DNA from: Mobula hypostoma
Lineage: Eukaryota
Direction of reading: 5' to 3'
Assembly (NCBI RefSeq): GCF_963921235.1
Contig: NC_086108.1
Span: forward strand, 75,518,001-75,582,000
Length of the DNA: 64,000 nucleotides
In this document: positions 60,890 through 64,000 of the stretch, piece after piece
Position numbering within the stretch: position 1 is the first letter of the stretch
Layout: every line of letters begins with the position of its first letter
Translations under genes and position numbers: made by a program
The notes under the pieces: model-generated
Seen by the model: the letters and a program-made list of their open reading frames with translations, nothing else
Told to the model about the DNA's origin: nothing
Database searches by the model: none

Positions 60890-62640
60890 AAAAAAAAGGA
60901 ATTGCATTTGCTATTTTCCAAACTAATGGAATCTTCCCCAAATAAAGGAAATATTGGGGAATTAAACACAACAGCAACTATCACATTAATCTCTTCTTTT
61001 ACGAACTGAGAATTACGTACAGTACTCACGGATTTATAAACCCACAGCTCCAATAAGTTGCTCAGTACCACTACCCTGATGATTATAAATTTTTTGCATT
61101 CCTCCTGCTCTTCCAATTCATGATTTACAGCTTTGCTGGGATGTTATATTTTCTGTAGTGAACAACCTGACCGCTATCTACGACCGTCGCTTTCTCTTGC
61201 CCACACTACAAGAGAGTATGTGGATCCTGGATCAACCTCTACAGCCATCTGAGGACCCACCAATAGCCAATCCCTGAGGAGAACATCCTACTCAACTCGT
61301 GTGATCACACTACCAGCAGATCTTCTGTGGTGAAGCCTGACACAAAATACTTGTTTAATTCATTTGTCAACACACAGAAAATACTGGAGGGACTCAACAG
61401 GTCAGACAGTATCTATGGAGGGGAATGAATAGTCAATGTTTCGGACTAAGACCCTTCATCAGGATTGGAAAGGAAAAGCGCAGAAGCCAGAAGTGGGGGG
61501 GAAGAGCTCAAGTTGGCAGGTGATAGGTGAATCCAGGTGAGAGGTTGGAGGAGGGGTAAAAGAGAATGATATGAGAAGCTGGGAGCTATTGGGTGGAAGG
61601 GTCAAAGGGCTGGAGGAGACAAAGAAGGAATTTGATAGGAGAGCACAGTGGATATTGGAATATAGGGAAAGAGGCAGGGAATCAGAGAGAGGAAGGTGAA
61701 AGTGTTGGGCAGGTTGTTAGGATGAGGGAGAGGAAAGAGAAGGGGTAAAGGGGCCAGAGGAATAAGAGAAAACAAGGGGTGGGAAACAGAAATTAGGAAA
61801 ATCCTAATTCCTCCAGTCTGTGTGTGGCCACAATGTGGCAGTAGAGGAAACCATGGACAGACATGCCAGTGTGGAAATAAGAAGTGGAATTAATATGGCT
61901 GGCCATGGGTAGATCCTGGCTGTTGTGGGGAACAGAGCAGAAATGCTTGGCAACGCGACCTTGTAGCTGTGTCAGGCCTCTCTGACGTAGAGGAGGTGCA
62001 CCAAGAGCACCGGATGTAATAAGTTACACCCATGGAGGCGCATGTGAAATGCCGCCTGACATGGAAGGACTGCTTAGGGGCCTGAATGGCGGGAGGGAGG
62101 AGGTGTAAGGGCAGGTGTAACACTTAGCACAGTTGCAGAGATAAATGCCTCTTCTCTTTCCTCTATCCTGCCCTCATGTTACCTGCCATCACCTTTTCCT
62201 TCATCTGGTTCCACACTTTCTTCCCTTTATCCCATGGTCTATTATCCTCAATCAGATTTCTTCTTCTTCCACCCTTTGCCTCTTCCAACTCCCAACTTCT
62301 CAAGTCACTTTCTGTTAGCTTCCTTCCCTACCTCCTGCTCCTCCTTCTCACCTGAATTTACCTACCACGTGTCAGCTAGTGATCCTCCCTCTCTTCCCCC
62401 CCACTCTCTCTTTTATTCTAGCTTCTATGTTTCCAGTCCTGATGAAGGGTTTTGGCCTGGAACATCGACTGTTCATTTCCCTCAATTGATGCTGCTTGAC
62501 TTGCTGAGATCCTCCAGCATTTTGTGTGACTTGCCCCAATTTCCAGCATCTGCAGCACCTCTTGTGTCTCTGTAGTTCATCCGCCAGCTCCTTGCTATCC
62601 GTTGTTAATTCCCCAAAGTCACTTCCTGCATTCACAGAAG
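60890..62640 (-). mobile_element. Old CR1 remnant interrupted by a PLE
   Basis: VLSNLLEL...EDSISLENSKC aligns by eye to the CR1 pre-RT region; it continues at 61310-61368 and 62571-62640. Confidence 0.55.
61369..62570. mobile_element. Older inverted PLE (minus arm to about 62140, plus arm to 62570)
   Basis: QAPKQSFHVRRHFTC...YYIRCS remnant; hammerhead remnants at 61430-61467 (-) and 62434-62471 (+); decayed TSD-like flanks. Confidence 0.8.
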
Positions 62641-64000
62641 TTCCTATTTTTTATATTTATTTCTGGATAGCATTATCTTATACCTAAAATTTTCATTCAT
62701 TATTAATCTTCTAGCCATTCATTGTTTTCAATTATATTCTGTCCAATCAGTTCTGGCACGCTGATGACATTTTCTGTCACCTTCATCAATGACAGCATCA
62801 GATGGCACCTACAGTAGCCAGTGAATCTGGTTGGGTTGTGCTAGTGTTGAGAATGTAGAATTATAGGAGGAAAGACCATCTAGGCTTTTTACCGTGAAAC
62901 ACAGGAGTGTGAGGAGAAAGTTAAAAAAGCTAAAATTATGAGGAGAAAAGGATGAGCTGAATAGAAGGGATGTAGTTCCCTAAGTAGAAAAATCCACATA
63001 GAAACATAGATTTTAAATTATTATTGTGATGTTAATTATAGAATCTGAGGGGATTTGTTGAGAATATGGAAAGAACTTTAAAAATGCCATCCTTGCAAGA
63101 TGAGAATAAACGTGTTGGTTCAGGTTTGTTGGACCAAAAGGCTCATTTCTATGCTCTACAACTCTGTGGTTCCATGACTTCAAGAAATGATCGCTCAAAG
63201 ACCCAAAAAGTAGTGAGGTCTGGAACTGTCTAAAGTGATGATGGAGGCAGAAAAACTCATTATATTTTTAAAGTCCCTCAATTATCATTTCAAGAGTCAT
63301 CACTTCCAGAGCAAGGCCTGGAAAGTAGGATTACCAATACCTATTCAGTCAATGTGGGCCCAGCGAGGTGAATACACCTCTTCTGTGCCATATATTTCTA
63401 TGATTCTATGGACTTTTACAATATCTGTTACAATTTTCACAAATCTGTTTACAAATTATGAAAGGAAAAATGAATTTAACGATGTTAGCTATGCTTGGCC
63501 TAGTTCCTAGATGGTGAAAGTCCTTACCTACAAAAATGCCAGAAGTTCTGTTCAATCTGACATATTCTCCCAGAAATTATACAATTTAGGTCGAAACTGA
63601 TGTGAAGCATTAGCTTTTCTGGGGCTGGAAACGTGATAGTGTGGGGCATGTGGAAGAAATTTTACTGTTTCATTAACCCATACCGACTCAAAATACAAAA
63701 ATAAATGCAATCTAATGTCTCTACGGCCAATGAGGTTGCTTGTTAGTTCAGAGCAAAGTCGCAATATTAACAGGTAATCTTTCCAATCTTTTGAGCACTG
63801 ATTTTTATGAAGTCCAGATTTTTCACCCTCATGCGTACCAAACCTTACTTTTTCCAGAGATTTACTTTCAGGTTTCAACTCTGTATTTTGCAGTGGATTT
63901 AGCAAAGCCTACCTTCAGAGGACTTTTTGATCTCTTGCTGAAGAGTTTGGCAGTGAATGTGGGATTAAAAGGCATAGAAACCACAATTTTGAGAAACTAT

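Overview
Eukaryotic, AT-rich, retroelement-dense vertebrate DNA. The repeat families suggest a cartilaginous fish, probably a ray; this is an inference from repeat content only. I could not support any host protein-coding exon, rRNA, tRNA or CRISPR array, so this is probably a large intron or intergenic region. All recognisable ORFs come from retroelements: CR1-clade LINEs of several ages (SGNH-esterase ORF1; APE endonuclease-RT ORF2), Rex1/Babar LINEs, one RTE LINE, Neptune-type Penelope-like elements (PLE; RT + GIY-YIG), a 1.47 kb solo LTR with a 5-bp TSD, and two copies of an ORF-less ~650 bp retroposon. The most striking unannotated signal is about 15 copies of a minimal type I hammerhead ribozyme motif (stem I - CUGANGA - stem II - GAAA-CG-UH - stem I') in the PLE terminal repeats. 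Many PLE insertions are short or inverted, bounded by 12-16 bp TSDs, and break just 5' of the ribozyme. One 5.5 kb inverted PLE carries a young CR1 nested at its inversion point. Repeat-poor stretches at about 17-30 kb look like candidate conserved non-coding elements. Coordinates of degenerate repeats are approximate.
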